From an uncultured archaeon (lineage in GTDB: Archaea > Altiarchaeota > Altiarchaeia > IMC4 > QMZM01), in the NCBI GenBank assembly GCA_964549685.1, contig CAZJVE010000007.1, forward strand, positions 1 through 57,403: a DNA stretch of 57,403 nt, in the 5' to 3' direction. Position 1 is the stretch's first letter. The number at the start of each line of letters is the position of its first letter. Under the pieces are notes generated by a model. It was given only the letters and a program-made list of their open reading frames with translations. It was not told the origin of the DNA and searched no databases. This document shows, in pieces, positions 9,556-19,687 of the stretch. The position numbers were made by a program, and so were the translations under genes.

Positions 9556-10521
9556 ATGCCACCGGAAAAAATATCAATTGTGATTCCCGCATATAACGAA
9601 GAGAAGAGCATCCCTGAGCTCTACTATGAGCTGAGTTCGGTGTTTAAGGTGATGGAAAAGCCATATGAAATAATATTTGTCGATGATGGCTCAACTGATA
9701 GCAGCTTCGACCTCATGGAGGACATCTATTCAAGAGATAAAGAGGTTAAGGTTATAAAGTTCAGAAGGAATTTCGGGCAGAGCTCTGCAATTCTCGCTGG
9801 TTTTGACCACGCGGAAGGCGATATTGTAATAACAATGGATGCCGACATGCAGAACGACCCCAAGGACATCCCAAAGCTGCTGGAGAAGATTAACGAGGGC
9901 TATGATGTCGTAAGCGGATGGAGGGCAGACAGGAAGGATCCGTTCATGAGCAAGAAGCTTCCCTCAAAGCTCTCGAACTGGCTTGCAAGAAAGATGACTG
10001 GCGTGAATATTCATGACTCCGGCTGTACTCTGAAGGCATATAAGAGCAGGGCACTAAGAAACCTTGAGCTGTATGGTGAGATGCACCGATATATCCCCGC
10101 TCTCCTGGCAAGGAAGGGATTCAGGATTACCGAGCTGAAAGTAACCCACAACCCCAGAAAATTCGGCAAAACAAAGTATGGAATTCGGAGGCTTTTTCAC
10201 GGTCTCTTGGACCTCATAAACATAAAGTTCTGGAATCAATACTCCAAAAGGCCCCTGCACTTTTTTGGACTCATGGGAATTTCACAACTCCTTTTCGGAT
10301 TCCTGATAGGGGCTTATCTTTTGGTGCTGAAATTCATCTACGGCCAGGGAATTGCTGACCGACCGCTCCTCCTCCTATCGGTTCTCCTGCTAATACTTGG
10401 GATACAGTTTATAATCTTCGGGCTCATGAGCGATATCCTGATTAAGGTGTATTACACTGGAAGAAAAAGCTATGATATAGAGAAGTACATAGTCAAGAAG
10501 GGAGAGGGCTACGAGGATTAA
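9556..10521 (+). CDS. GT2 polyprenol-phosphate glycosyltransferase (DPM1/ArnC/GtrB-like)
   Basis: 'VIPAYNEE', 'VDDGSTD', DAD motif, two C-terminal TM helices. Alternative start at 9529. Confidence 0.9.
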   Translation: MPPEKISIVIPAYNEEKSIPELYYELSSVFKVMEKPYEIIFVDDGSTDSSFDLMEDIYSRDKEVKVIKFRRNFGQSSAILAGFDHAEGDIVITMDADMQNDPKDIPKLLEKINEGYDVVSGWRADRKDPFMSKKLPSKLSNWLARKMTGVNIHDSGCTLKAYKSRALRNLELYGEMHRYIPALLARKGFRITELKVTHNPRKFGKTKYGIRRLFHGLLDLINIKFWNQYSKRPLHFFGLMGISQLLFGFLIGAYLLVLKFIYGQGIADRPLLLLSVLLLILGIQFIIFGLMSDILIKVYYTGRKSYDIEKYIVKKGEGYED

Positions 10522-10525
10522 TCGG

Positions 10526-10795
10526 TTAGAGCCTGTTAACATCAATAACATTGACCTCTCCGACCCCCGGAAGATTTCTAATCTCTGCTTCTATCTCCTC
10601 CATCCCGCCCTGGGAGTCGTTCAGGAGAATCGCAATGTCCAGTGAATTCAAACCAAACGCAATCGGCTTTATCTCGGTCGAGTGAATCTTACCATACTTC
10701 TCCACAATCCCTGTCAGTTTCTCCTTGATATCATCCAGATTCACATCAACGCTCTCAGGCATAATCCTGAGCCGTGCAGCAACGTTCAGTTCCAT
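10526..10795 (-). CDS. ef1b: Translation elongation factor aEF-1beta
   Basis: 'RIMPES', 'PIAFGL' motifs; start at ATG 10795. Confidence 0.93.
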   Translation of the reverse strand: MELNVAARLRIMPESVDVNLDDIKEKLTGIVEKYGKIHSTEIKPIAFGLNSLDIAILLNDSQGGMEEIEAEIRNLPGVGEVNVIDVNRL

Positions 10796-10796
10796 T

Positions 10797-11327
10797 TTAA
10801 CTACTAACAGGCTTAATAACAATCTTCATGTTTCCTGGCAATTTACTCGTGGCTATCTTCAGGGCTCTTTTCACACTCTTCATCTTATCATCTGTCTTGC
10901 TGAGGAATACCGTAAAGACGGCCTGGTTTTTGTTTATTCTGGCGGCAAAACCCATCGGTTTTCCAAAGGCACCCCTCATTCCCGACTGCACTCTGTCGGC
11001 TCCGGCACCGGTGGCCATTACGTTCTCCCTCATAACGTGGTGGGGAACAACCCTCACCTTGAAATGGTAATTGTTCACTCCAAGATCTTCCTCAAGAATC
11101 TTGTTGGTGGCAATTCTTGCCGCCTCCAGTGCATTATGCCTTATCTGAATCTTCATATCACTGACTACCGAAACCTCGGTGTCGAACTCCCCCTTCATAT
11201 TCCCCATATTGTAGTGTGTCAGCTTGGTACCCGGGATTCCGGTAATGAAGGAATCTGCCGGATTCTTTGACTTCCGGGTATATGCCGGGGAGTCCCAGTG
11301 ATAGCACTTGGCTGGTCTTAGTCCCAT
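10797..11327 (-). CDS. rpl10e: 50S ribosomal protein L10e (uL16)
   Basis: 'RPAKCY', 'ALEAARI', 'GAGADR...GMRGAFGKP'. Confidence 0.97.
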   Translation of the reverse strand: MGLRPAKCYHWDSPAYTRKSKNPADSFITGIPGTKLTHYNMGNMKGEFDTEVSVVSDMKIQIRHNALEAARIATNKILEEDLGVNNYHFKVRVVPHHVMRENVMATGAGADRVQSGMRGAFGKPMGFAARINKNQAVFTVFLSKTDDKMKSVKRALKIATSKLPGNMKIVIKPVSS

Positions 11328-11372
11328 TCTATTAGTAAATTAGTCTAATAACTTTACATCTAATGAATAAAA

Positions 11373-11948
11373 ATGGTCGGCGCAGCCCCAAGCTTCTCGG
11401 AAGCCCACATTGTGAGGGCCCTCCTGATGTTGAATTCCGGGAGAGTTGGAAGAAAGAACCTCGTCAGGATTCTCGGCGTTGGAGAGGGTTCGGTAAGGAC
11501 GATAATCAAGAGACTAAAAGGAAACGGGTTGATAAAGTCCAGCAAACAGGGACACGAGCTGACGGAGAAGGGCAGGGAGACGGCCGAGAATTACCTGGAT
11601 AAATTTTCAATGCCCGGGGAATTCAAGGCGGACGAACTGGCCATCAATCCCGGTGAATTCTCCTCAATTATAGCAGTCCATGGGGCATCAAATAAATTCG
11701 GCTCGGGCATAGAACAGAGGGACACCGCAAGGGACGCCGGAGCCACTTCAATAGCAGTTCTACTATACCAGAAAGGAATCCTTGAATTCCCTACGCCGGA
11801 GGCCAGGCTTTCCCAGTTTCCGGACAGCAAGAAGGAACTGGAGAAGATGGAACTCAGGGAAGGAGATATAGTTGTCATATCCTTCGGAAAAAGCAGGGCA
11901 AGTGCAGAGAATGGAGCCGTTGCTGTAGCCCTCCAGCTTAGGAACTAG
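11373..11948 (+). CDS. Winged-helix protein, DUF4443-like putative regulator
   Basis: 'VGRKNLVRILGVGEGSVRTII' HTH; 'GIEQRDTA' C-terminal motif. Confidence 0.75.
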   Translation: MVGAAPSFSEAHIVRALLMLNSGRVGRKNLVRILGVGEGSVRTIIKRLKGNGLIKSSKQGHELTEKGRETAENYLDKFSMPGEFKADELAINPGEFSSIIAVHGASNKFGSGIEQRDTARDAGATSIAVLLYQKGILEFPTPEARLSQFPDSKKELEKMELREGDIVVISFGKSRASAENGAVAVALQLRN

Positions 11949-12610
11949 AACTCAAACAGAGACGTCTGCTTCGATTTGTCCAGGGTATTCCAGCTTCTTC
12001 TGACGCAATCCGGGAGGTTCCCACCCCTCACGCACTCCCTGATAAACTCCTGAGTTATGGCATCGCTGGGATAACCGCTCCCGAAATCTCCCAGCTCCTC
12101 CTTCAGGAGCTCTATCTGTCTATCCCTGTCCACCTTGGCCAGAATCGATGCCGCGCTAACCTCCAGATAATTATCATCGGCTTTATGCTCCGAAATCAGC
12201 TCGGGAATTTTAAAGTCATCATTTATTGAGTTTATACAGTTCATAATCCTTCTTCTGTAGTTCTCGGCCACAGAATCGGCAGCATCTACTATAATCCTGT
12301 GTGGGGAGTTCTCCAGCGACATTATGAGCTCAGCAGTCTTCCTTGCCTCAATCAGATTTAACGACTCCTTCTTCCTCATCCAGTCTATCTCGTTTGGCTG
12401 AATCCTTGCAATCCTATACTCAATGGCAAGGTCCTTTATCTTGAGCTCAAGGGGTTCCCTCCTTGACCTGGCTACCTTCTTCGAGTCTCTGACGTTCAGC
12501 TTTCGCAGCTCTTGCTTGGCATTATCGTCCAGAACAACGCAGCCTATAACCAGCGGACCTATGACTGGCCCCCTACCAGCCTCGTCAATGCCACAAACAA
12601 GCCCCTTCAT
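11945..12610 (-). CDS. rnhB: Ribonuclease HII
   Basis: 'GIDEAGRGP', 'DSKK', 'SAASILAKV', 'GSGYPSD', C-terminal PIP-box-like 'QTSLFEF'. Confidence 0.97.
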   Translation of the reverse strand: MKGLVCGIDEAGRGPVIGPLVIGCVVLDDNAKQELRKLNVRDSKKVARSRREPLELKIKDLAIEYRIARIQPNEIDWMRKKESLNLIEARKTAELIMSLENSPHRIIVDAADSVAENYRRRIMNCINSINDDFKIPELISEHKADDNYLEVSAASILAKVDRDRQIELLKEELGDFGSGYPSDAITQEFIRECVRGGNLPDCVRRSWNTLDKSKQTSLFEF

Positions 12611-14070
12611 ACCGTACTCCTCCTCAGCCAGTCCAGGTCAGAGACGTATAAATCTCTGATGTCATTAAGACCCAGGCTCAGTGCAACCAGCCTGTCGAGA
12701 CCAAGACCCCATGCCAGAACCGGGCAGTCAAAACCAAGCAACGGCTTGACCACCTCGGGCCTGAATATACCTGCCCCTCCAAGTTCAATCCATTCCCCCT
12801 TTTCCTTGAGATAGATTTCGGTCTCAACGCTCGGCTCCGTATAGGGGAAATATGCCGGCCTGAACCTTACCTTGAGACTCATCTGCTGATAGAATTCATT
12901 CAGAACCCCAAGGAGATGCCGGAAATTTACCCCCTCATCAACGACAATTCCCTCGACCTGGTAGAATTCCGGCAGGTGCTTGTAGTCAATGGCCTCGTTG
13001 CGGAAGGTCTTTCCTATAGAGAAGACCTTTGCGGGCATGTCCTCCTTGCCCAAAGCGCTCAGATACTTACATGTTACTGCAGTAGTATGAGTCCTGAGCA
13101 ACGCCTGCCTTGCAACATTCTCATCCCAGTCGTATTGCCACCCCCTTGAACCGGTTGTCCATCCATCCTCGTGAGTCTTCTTCACAGCACCTTTGAACTT
13201 CTTGAATCCCTCTATCCTGGCATTCTTTGACCCCTCCAGATAGAAGGTATCGTGCATGTCCCTTGCGGGGTGGTCCTGCGGCTGGAACAATGCATCAAAG
13301 TTCCAGAAGGCAGATTCAATCAAAGGTCCGGATATCTCCTTGAAACCCATCTCAACGAAGATATTCTTTACTCTATCGATCATCATCTGCAGTGGGTGCT
13401 TCTTTGCAGGATAAGCTGGAGTTACAAAGACATTAACGTCATAGGCCCTGAATTTTGTCTTCTTCCATTTATCAGACATGAGATGCTTTGTTGTAAGCTG
13501 TGATATTGACTCTTCCACCCTTCCTTTGCCCAGTTCCATCCCTTTCTTGGTTGGAATCAGGATAATTCTTTTCCTCTCCGCGACCCTGACGACGTTCTGC
13601 CTCGTTTTCAGCAGCTCAAGACCTCTTTTTAATTCAGCCGTCAGCTCATTTGAGACTAATTTCCCCTTACTGAGCACGGAGAGGAGCTTTTCATCATCGG
13701 TCTTTTCCTTGTCCAGGACCTTTACCTTTCCCCCATCAATCGAGGCAAGGTTCTTCTTCTTCAGCCAGCCGACAGCAATCCCAAACTCCTTGTGACCAAT
13801 CTTCCCACGAATCTCCCCGATATCCTTCCCAGCCAGCTCAATAACCTGTCTCTCCGGAAGCCCCTTTTCCGCATATATCTTGCCCTCTTCCCCCAGCGAG
13901 ATTTCTTCATATGGGGTTTCATCGACCTTGATTAGGTCCTTGGTGGAAAGCCATGACGATGCCCTCATTACCGCATCCAGTGGGAGGTCCGCCTTCTTCG
14001 CAACCTCCTCAGGACCAGATTTCTTCTTCAGCACCTTCAGGATTCTCAGCTCATGGTTATGGAGATTCAT
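12607..14070 (-). CDS. pheS: Phenylalanine-tRNA ligase alpha subunit
   Basis: 'WNFDALFQPQDHPARDMHDTF', 'LRTHTT', 'YFPYTEPS'; full archaeal length. Confidence 0.97.
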   Translation of the reverse strand: MNLHNHELRILKVLKKKSGPEEVAKKADLPLDAVMRASSWLSTKDLIKVDETPYEEISLGEEGKIYAEKGLPERQVIELAGKDIGEIRGKIGHKEFGIAVGWLKKKNLASIDGGKVKVLDKEKTDDEKLLSVLSKGKLVSNELTAELKRGLELLKTRQNVVRVAERKRIILIPTKKGMELGKGRVEESISQLTTKHLMSDKWKKTKFRAYDVNVFVTPAYPAKKHPLQMMIDRVKNIFVEMGFKEISGPLIESAFWNFDALFQPQDHPARDMHDTFYLEGSKNARIEGFKKFKGAVKKTHEDGWTTGSRGWQYDWDENVARQALLRTHTTAVTCKYLSALGKEDMPAKVFSIGKTFRNEAIDYKHLPEFYQVEGIVVDEGVNFRHLLGVLNEFYQQMSLKVRFRPAYFPYTEPSVETEIYLKEKGEWIELGGAGIFRPEVVKPLLGFDCPVLAWGLGLDRLVALSLGLNDIRDLYVSDLDWLRRSTV

Positions 14071-14077
14071 CGTTTAA

Positions 14078-15328
14078 TTATTTATCGGATTCTGTTATAT
14101 CTGCGCCAACCTTCGTCAAATCCTTAAAGAATTCAGGATATGATTTTTTGACGCAGTCTGAATTTTCAATCACAGTTTCTCCATCGGCATTGAGCCCCGC
14201 AACGGCGCAGGCCATCGCTATCCTGTGGTCGTTGTGGGGGTCTATCCTGGCGCCGGAGAGCCCACCGCCCGTTATGGTTATGTTATCCTCCCCGTCTGTG
14301 ATATCAGCACCCATCTTCCCCAGCTCCTTGGAAATGGCAGCCAGCCTGTCGGACTCCTTCCCCCTCAATCTCCCGGCGTTGAGAATCCTCGTCTCCCCCT
14401 CCGCGAAGCAGCCGAGCACCGCAAGAACCGGAACCAGGTCGGGAATGTCCCTGACATCGATGTCAATTCCTTTCAAATTCGATTTTTTTATTTTAATCGA
14501 ATCACTAAGCGCAATTTCAGAATTCATTTCTTTTAGAATCTCAATAATTCTTCTGTCCCCTTGCAAAGATTCTTTCTTAAGGCCGGTAACCTCCACCTCG
14601 CCATTAATCGCCCCGGCAGCAAGCAGGAAAGCGGCAGAGGAGTAGTCGCCCTCTACTTCATATTCTCTGGCTTTGAAGCTCTGCCCGCCATTGACCTTAA
14701 GCCCGCCGGCTTCAATTCCAAAATCCTTCATCACGGAGATGGTCATGTCCACGTAGGGCCTCGACTCAAGTTCCGTTGTCAATTCAATATCAATCCCCTC
14801 CTCCGTGAGGGGGGCGATGAACAGCAGCCCGGAAATGAACTGAGAACTCACGTTGCCGGGGATTCTTACCTTTCCGCCTTTGATTTTATCTTTTCCATGA
14901 ATAATAACTGAATTTCCCTCGGCATTCACCTCAACACCAAGCTGCTTCAGCGCATCCAGCAACGGCTCTATAGGCCTCTCAGCCAGCCTGCCCTCCACTA
15001 GAAGTCTTGTTTCGCCCTCGGCGAGAGCGGCCAGCGGAAGCAGAAACCTGTATGTAGTCCCCGAGGCCCCGAGCTTTATCGGCTCCTTCGGAGCCTTCAG
15101 CTTAGAGCCGAAGATATTCAGCACATCTCCAGTTTCATCAATGGAATTTCCAAATCTTCTTAATGCACCAATGGTTTCCCTGCTATCATCGCAGTCTAGA
15201 AAATTGATTATTTTAGAATTCCCATCTGCCAGGGCTGCACATATCAGGGCCCTGTGCGTGTAGCTCTTCGACGCGGGGGCCTTGATGCTGCCCTTCAGCT
15301 TCGATCTCTTAATAATAACTTCGCTCAT
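14078..15328 (-). CDS. aroA: 3-phosphoshikimate 1-carboxyvinyltransferase (EPSP synthase)
   Basis: 'SKSYTHRA', 'SSQFISGLL', 'KESDRL', 'DHRIAM'. Confidence 0.97.
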   Translation of the reverse strand: MSEVIIKRSKLKGSIKAPASKSYTHRALICAALADGNSKIINFLDCDDSRETIGALRRFGNSIDETGDVLNIFGSKLKAPKEPIKLGASGTTYRFLLPLAALAEGETRLLVEGRLAERPIEPLLDALKQLGVEVNAEGNSVIIHGKDKIKGGKVRIPGNVSSQFISGLLFIAPLTEEGIDIELTTELESRPYVDMTISVMKDFGIEAGGLKVNGGQSFKAREYEVEGDYSSAAFLLAAGAINGEVEVTGLKKESLQGDRRIIEILKEMNSEIALSDSIKIKKSNLKGIDIDVRDIPDLVPVLAVLGCFAEGETRILNAGRLRGKESDRLAAISKELGKMGADITDGEDNITITGGGLSGARIDPHNDHRIAMACAVAGLNADGETVIENSDCVKKSYPEFFKDLTKVGADITESDK

Positions 15329-15362
15329 ATAATAATTCTGGAATGCGGGGTAAAAAGACTAC

Positions 15363-16769
15363 TCACGCATACCCAAAGCCCGCAACCTCGACCTTTTCAG
15401 CTACCTTGAAGTCGAACTTCTTCTGCTTCTCCTTTTCGACCTCAATCCTGTCAACATCGCAGACGAGGAAGGGAATCCTGTTCATAGCTCCTGCTATTAT
15501 ACACTCTCCCACATCAAGGCTGTCCAGGTCCTTTATTATCTCGTCGTTTATGGATTCAAAGGACTTCCGGATGTGGTCCTTGTCGTTCGGGTTCGTGATG
15601 TGCATGTAGATTCCGGTATTGCATTGGGAAAGAATCTCCTCGTCTATCTTGCTGGGTTTCTGCGAGATAACGCAGAGCCCTAGGCCGAATTTCCTCCCCT
15701 CCGATGCTATTCTCTGCAGTTGGTACTTGCATGAATGGGAAAGCTTGGCACTGCAGTAGTTGTGGGCCTCCTCAACCACAAGCAGGAGAGGGAATTCCAC
15801 CCCGTTCTCCATCTGGTTCTCCTTTCTTATCCTGCCCTGTAACAGTTCCTTCGCTATGTAAGAGACCACCGCCTGCCTTACACCTTGCGAGGCATAGGAT
15901 GCATCAATGACCGTTATCTGATACGGCTTCACCATGCCGACTATGTCTGTTCCAAGCTTGTCGAAGACGTTTTTGAATGTCCTCTCCAGCCCCATCAGCC
16001 TTCTCTTCAGGGCATTTGCGGTCTCCTCATGAACTGCCTTATCATCGACATTATCACACTCCCCGATTATGTCCTGCAGCAGGAATTCCCTTCCACTTAG
16101 CCTGTCCAGGATTAGTCCCAGTGCAGACCTCTGGTTTTCGTTAAGATAGACGAAATGTGAGAAGTCCTCGGCCGACAGCTCGGAGACGGGGATTTTGAGT
16201 TCCTTGTAGCCCTGCTTCGGATGCTTTACTGTATGAATGTCGATTATGGTTGAATTCTCGACACATTTAGATAATAATTTTGGATACTCCCCGTGCGTAT
16301 CGACGACTATTACTGGAAGACCAAGAGAAGAGAATTCCTTTATCAGATTCGCTGCAGCATACGACTTCCCTGCTCCCGTACTAGCGAGAATTGCGAGATG
16401 CCTGTCGTATTCGGCGGGATTCAGGAACGCCCTTGCCTCGGTCCCATAGACCCTGCCCATGCTGATGTTTGATTCGGAGGAGAGGATTCCCTCAAGCTCC
16501 TCCTTGTTTGCAAGGAGGACTTCAGTATATGGCTCGATGGGCCTCTTGATTCTTACAAGGCTTCCGTCAGATAGCTTGCCGAATATCTGCACCCTCGCGA
16601 TTAACTTCTGTTTTGAGCCTATCTTCTCATCCTCCTTGTAGAGCATATAGGCAACGATGCCGTAGGACTCGGAGATTTTGAGTATTGTGCCTAATTCAAC
16701 TGAATCGCTCTTCACGAGAACGTCAACCTCGCTCCCCTCCGATGAGATGACCATGCCGACGGAAGACAT
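15363..16769 (-). CDS. HerA/FtsK-family ATPase (DUF87) with HAS-barrel-like N-terminus
   Basis: 'RHLAILASTGAGKS', Walker B 'VVEEAH', 'EGRKFG', 'SQKP'. Confidence 0.88.
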   Translation of the reverse strand: MSSVGMVISSEGSEVDVLVKSDSVELGTILKISESYGIVAYMLYKEDEKIGSKQKLIARVQIFGKLSDGSLVRIKRPIEPYTEVLLANKEELEGILSSESNISMGRVYGTEARAFLNPAEYDRHLAILASTGAGKSYAAANLIKEFSSLGLPVIVVDTHGEYPKLLSKCVENSTIIDIHTVKHPKQGYKELKIPVSELSAEDFSHFVYLNENQRSALGLILDRLSGREFLLQDIIGECDNVDDKAVHEETANALKRRLMGLERTFKNVFDKLGTDIVGMVKPYQITVIDASYASQGVRQAVVSYIAKELLQGRIRKENQMENGVEFPLLLVVEEAHNYCSAKLSHSCKYQLQRIASEGRKFGLGLCVISQKPSKIDEEILSQCNTGIYMHITNPNDKDHIRKSFESINDEIIKDLDSLDVGECIIAGAMNRIPFLVCDVDRIEVEKEKQKKFDFKVAEKVEVAGFGYA

Positions 16770-16801
16770 GTAAATCTATCAGATTCAGCGGATATAAGAT
16801 G

Positions 16802-17749
16802 CTATACTAGGACCCCCTGAAGGATGTTGAATACATAACCAAGGACTATTATCCCTGCAGAAACGAGCCCGAAGAAGAGCAGAATCAGCCTTATCTTCAT
16901 CACCCTTCTCAGTATTATGGCTTCCGGCAGGCTTAAAGCAGCAGTGGCCATCATGAAGGCCAGGGCGGTTCCCAGGGGCACGCCCTTCTGGAACAGGACA
17001 AGGGCTATCGGAACCACTGCGCTGCAGTTTGCGTAGATTGGAACGCCGAGTATTGCTGCTATCGGCACAGAGAGAATTCCTGCCTGGTTTATGGCATTCT
17101 GTATGAATTCCTCGGGAACAAAGCCGTGGATTACTGCCCCGATTCCAACTCCCAGAAGAATCCAGAGCCATAGCTTTCTGACTATATCGACTGCCTCCTG
17201 GATGCCGTAGTCAATTCTGCTTTTAAGATCGGTGAATTCATCATCACTATTCCCGTTGCCGGAAACAAGGTCTGCCACTATCTGGTCCTCCATCTTCAGC
17301 CTCCCTATTACAATGCCTGAAACCGTACCGAGCAGGATTCCCAGACCTATGTAAGCAAGGGTTATCTTCCAGCCGAAGAAGCCGAGCATCAATACTGCAA
17401 GGTATTCATTTATCAGCGGCGAGGTTACGAGAAAGGCGAATGCAGGGCCGAGGGGAACCCCCGCCTCGAGGAAGCTTATGAAGATTGGTATCGATGAGCA
17501 CGAGCAGAAGGGAGTTATCGCCCCAAATGAGGAAGCAAAGAGATAACTCAAACCCTTCTTTCCGGACAACCATCCCTTAATCTTTTGCTGGGGTATGTAG
17601 CTCCTGAGAAAGCCTATTGCCGCAATCATGAAGAAGAGAAGCAGAATAATCTTGACGGAGTCGTAGATGAAGAAGTGCAGCGTCTCCCCAAGTGCGGAAT
17701 CCCCCAGCCCGAGCGATAGAATGAGCCAGTCGCAGAAGGACTCTAACAT
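16802..17749 (-). CDS. ArsP/DUF318-family permease
   Basis: 'TPFCSCSSIP' signature, 'GVPIYAN', 'LSLPE'; multi-TM. Confidence 0.9.
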   Translation of the reverse strand: MLESFCDWLILSLGLGDSALGETLHFFIYDSVKIILLLFFMIAAIGFLRSYIPQQKIKGWLSGKKGLSYLFASSFGAITPFCSCSSIPIFISFLEAGVPLGPAFAFLVTSPLINEYLAVLMLGFFGWKITLAYIGLGILLGTVSGIVIGRLKMEDQIVADLVSGNGNSDDEFTDLKSRIDYGIQEAVDIVRKLWLWILLGVGIGAVIHGFVPEEFIQNAINQAGILSVPIAAILGVPIYANCSAVVPIALVLFQKGVPLGTALAFMMATAALSLPEAIILRRVMKIRLILLFFGLVSAGIIVLGYVFNILQGVLV

Positions 17750-17875
17750 TTAACCGCAGCACCCCTTCTTCTTTTCCTCCTGCTTGCAGCCACAGCTCTC
17801 TTCCTTGGATTTCTCCTCAATCTTCCCGTCCAGCTTGTCCAACAGCTTCCCGATGAAACCCTTCTTGCCTGACAT
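17750..17875 (-). CDS. 41-aa Cys-rich microprotein (putative metal/metalloid-binding)
   Basis: Manual translation: MSGKKGFIGKLLDKLDGKIEEKSKEESCGCKQEEKKKGCCG*. Its stop abuts the permease ATG (TAAATG). Confidence 0.75.
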   Translation of the reverse strand: MSGKKGFIGKLLDKLDGKIEEKSKEESCGCKQEEKKKGCCG

Positions 17876-17905
17876 GATATTAATAGGGGAAACAAAAACT
17901 TAAAG

Positions 17906-18505
17906 ATGGCCGATGTAAAATTCTACAGCCTCAAGAAGGAGATTCGAATTCTTGGCATTGACGATGCCCCCTTCGACTTCAGGAAGGACAAGGAGACGAT
18001 GCTGATAGGCACGGTATTCAGGGGCGGCGAATGGTTGGACGGAATTCTCAGGACAGAGGTCAAGGTCGATGGCAATGACGCTACTGACAAGGTCATTGGG
18101 GTTGTGAAAAGATGCAAGTTCAAGGACTTGCGAGTGATAATGCTCGACGGCCTTGGCTTCGCCGGCTTCAATCTGGTCGACATAGAGCGGGTGTTCGAGG
18201 AGACGGGTCTCCCCGTCATCGTCGTTGTCCGGAAGATGCCGGATTTCAATAAAATAAAGAAGGCAATAAAGAATCTAACCCACTCTGAATTCTACAATCA
18301 ATGCATAACGAAGGCAGGAATCCCCAAGAGGGTCGAGACAAAGAGGGGGAAATTCATCCACATCCAGTTCCATGGGCTCAGGTTCGAGGATGCAGAAAGG
18401 ATAGTGAAATTATCCTCCACCCGAAGCCTTATCCCGGAGCCCATAAGAGTTGCTCATCTCATAGCATCCGGGGTCGCTCTCGGAGAATCAAGAGGCAACG
18501 CCTAG
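17906..18505 (+). CDS. DUF99/UPF0215 endonuclease V-like protein
   Basis: 'RILGIDDAPF', 'VDGNDAT', 'FAGFNLVD', 'PEPIRVAHLIA'. Confidence 0.9.
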   Translation: MADVKFYSLKKEIRILGIDDAPFDFRKDKETMLIGTVFRGGEWLDGILRTEVKVDGNDATDKVIGVVKRCKFKDLRVIMLDGLGFAGFNLVDIERVFEETGLPVIVVVRKMPDFNKIKKAIKNLTHSEFYNQCITKAGIPKRVETKRGKFIHIQFHGLRFEDAERIVKLSSTRSLIPEPIRVAHLIASGVALGESRGNA

Positions 18506-19650
18506 CTGTACTCGGCATTAATTTTCACATACTCTGGAGTAAGGTCGCAGCCGAACGCGGTCGCTTCTCCTTTACCCAGATTAAGATTAACGAGAATTCT
18601 TATTTCTTTACCCTTGAGAACTTCACTCGCCTTATTCAAATCCTTTACAGAGCCATGCTTCACAACCTCTACCTTACCCTTCTCTGATTGAAACTCTATA
18701 TCTATCTTTTCGAAATTCAATTCGATGACAGAACCAAGTGAAGATAGAATTCTACCCCAATTTGGATTCTCCCCGTATATGGCGGACTTTACAAGGTTTG
18801 AGGAAACGACCGCCTTGGCACCCTCTCTCGCGGTTTCATTATCGGCAGCGCCAGAAACCTCCACCTCGATGAGTTTTGTTGCCCCTTCCCCGTCCCTGGC
18901 AATCATCTTCGCCAGCTCTACAGTGGCATAGTCCAGCACCGTCTGAAAATCCCCTGAGGAGCAGTCCTTCTTTCCGTTGCTCAACAAAAGAACGGTATCG
19001 TTTGTGCTCATATCTCCATCCACGGAAAGCATATTGAAGCTGCTGTCAACGCTCTTTGAAAGGGCTTTCTGTAGCTCCTCTCTGCTCAGATTGGCATTGG
19101 TCGTCAAAAAGCAGAGCATCGTCGCCATATCCGGGTTAATCATCCCGGCTCCCTTGGCAATTCCGCCAACCTTTATGCCGTTGAATTCAACAGAGATTTC
19201 CTTTGAGAAGGTATCCGTAGTCATTATCGCCTCTGCCGCCGACCTACTTCCTTTCTCCGAGAGATTCTTGCCTGCTTCCTTGCTGAGTTCCTCAATAATC
19301 CCCAAATCGAGCTTCTTGCCGATTATTCCGGTCGAGGCTACTGCAACATTATCAGCATCAATCCCGAGCTCTTTTGCTGCCAGTTCGCACATCTTTCCGG
19401 CATCCTGCAGGGCATTTTTCGTGCAGCAGTTGGCGTTTCCGGAATTGACTACGATTGCCTGAATTCCGCTTTCCAGTTTCTTTCCGTCAAGTAAGACGTG
19501 GGCAGCTTTGACACTATTCCTGGTAAATACTCCTGCGCTTTTGCAAACTCCGTCATTTACGATGAGGGCAAGCCCATACTTACCTCTCTTCAAACCGCTA
19601 GCTTTGAAGCCATCTATGCATACTCCCTGCTCGCCTTTTTTCATATCCAT
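18502..19650 (-). CDS. argJ: Ornithine acetyltransferase / glutamate N-acetyltransferase
   Basis: 'NSGNANC', 'STGIIG', 'KGAGMINPDMATML', 'RDGEGATK', 'PNWGRI'. Confidence 0.96.
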   Translation of the reverse strand: MDMKKGEQGVCIDGFKASGLKRGKYGLALIVNDGVCKSAGVFTRNSVKAAHVLLDGKKLESGIQAIVVNSGNANCCTKNALQDAGKMCELAAKELGIDADNVAVASTGIIGKKLDLGIIEELSKEAGKNLSEKGSRSAAEAIMTTDTFSKEISVEFNGIKVGGIAKGAGMINPDMATMLCFLTTNANLSREELQKALSKSVDSSFNMLSVDGDMSTNDTVLLLSNGKKDCSSGDFQTVLDYATVELAKMIARDGEGATKLIEVEVSGAADNETAREGAKAVVSSNLVKSAIYGENPNWGRILSSLGSVIELNFEKIDIEFQSEKGKVEVVKHGSVKDLNKASEVLKGKEIRILVNLNLGKGEATAFGCDLTPEYVKINAEYS

Positions 19651-19687
19651 TGCAATTATTAAACTTTTGATAGGATATCTTTATATA

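Noticed and set aside
19508-19687. N-terminal extension of purF (similarly the long starts of the radical SAM, mfnA, mptG, pdxT, DUF447 and EF-1beta ORFs)
   Set aside because: The extensions overlap neighbouring genes; downstream ATGs match the family N-termini.
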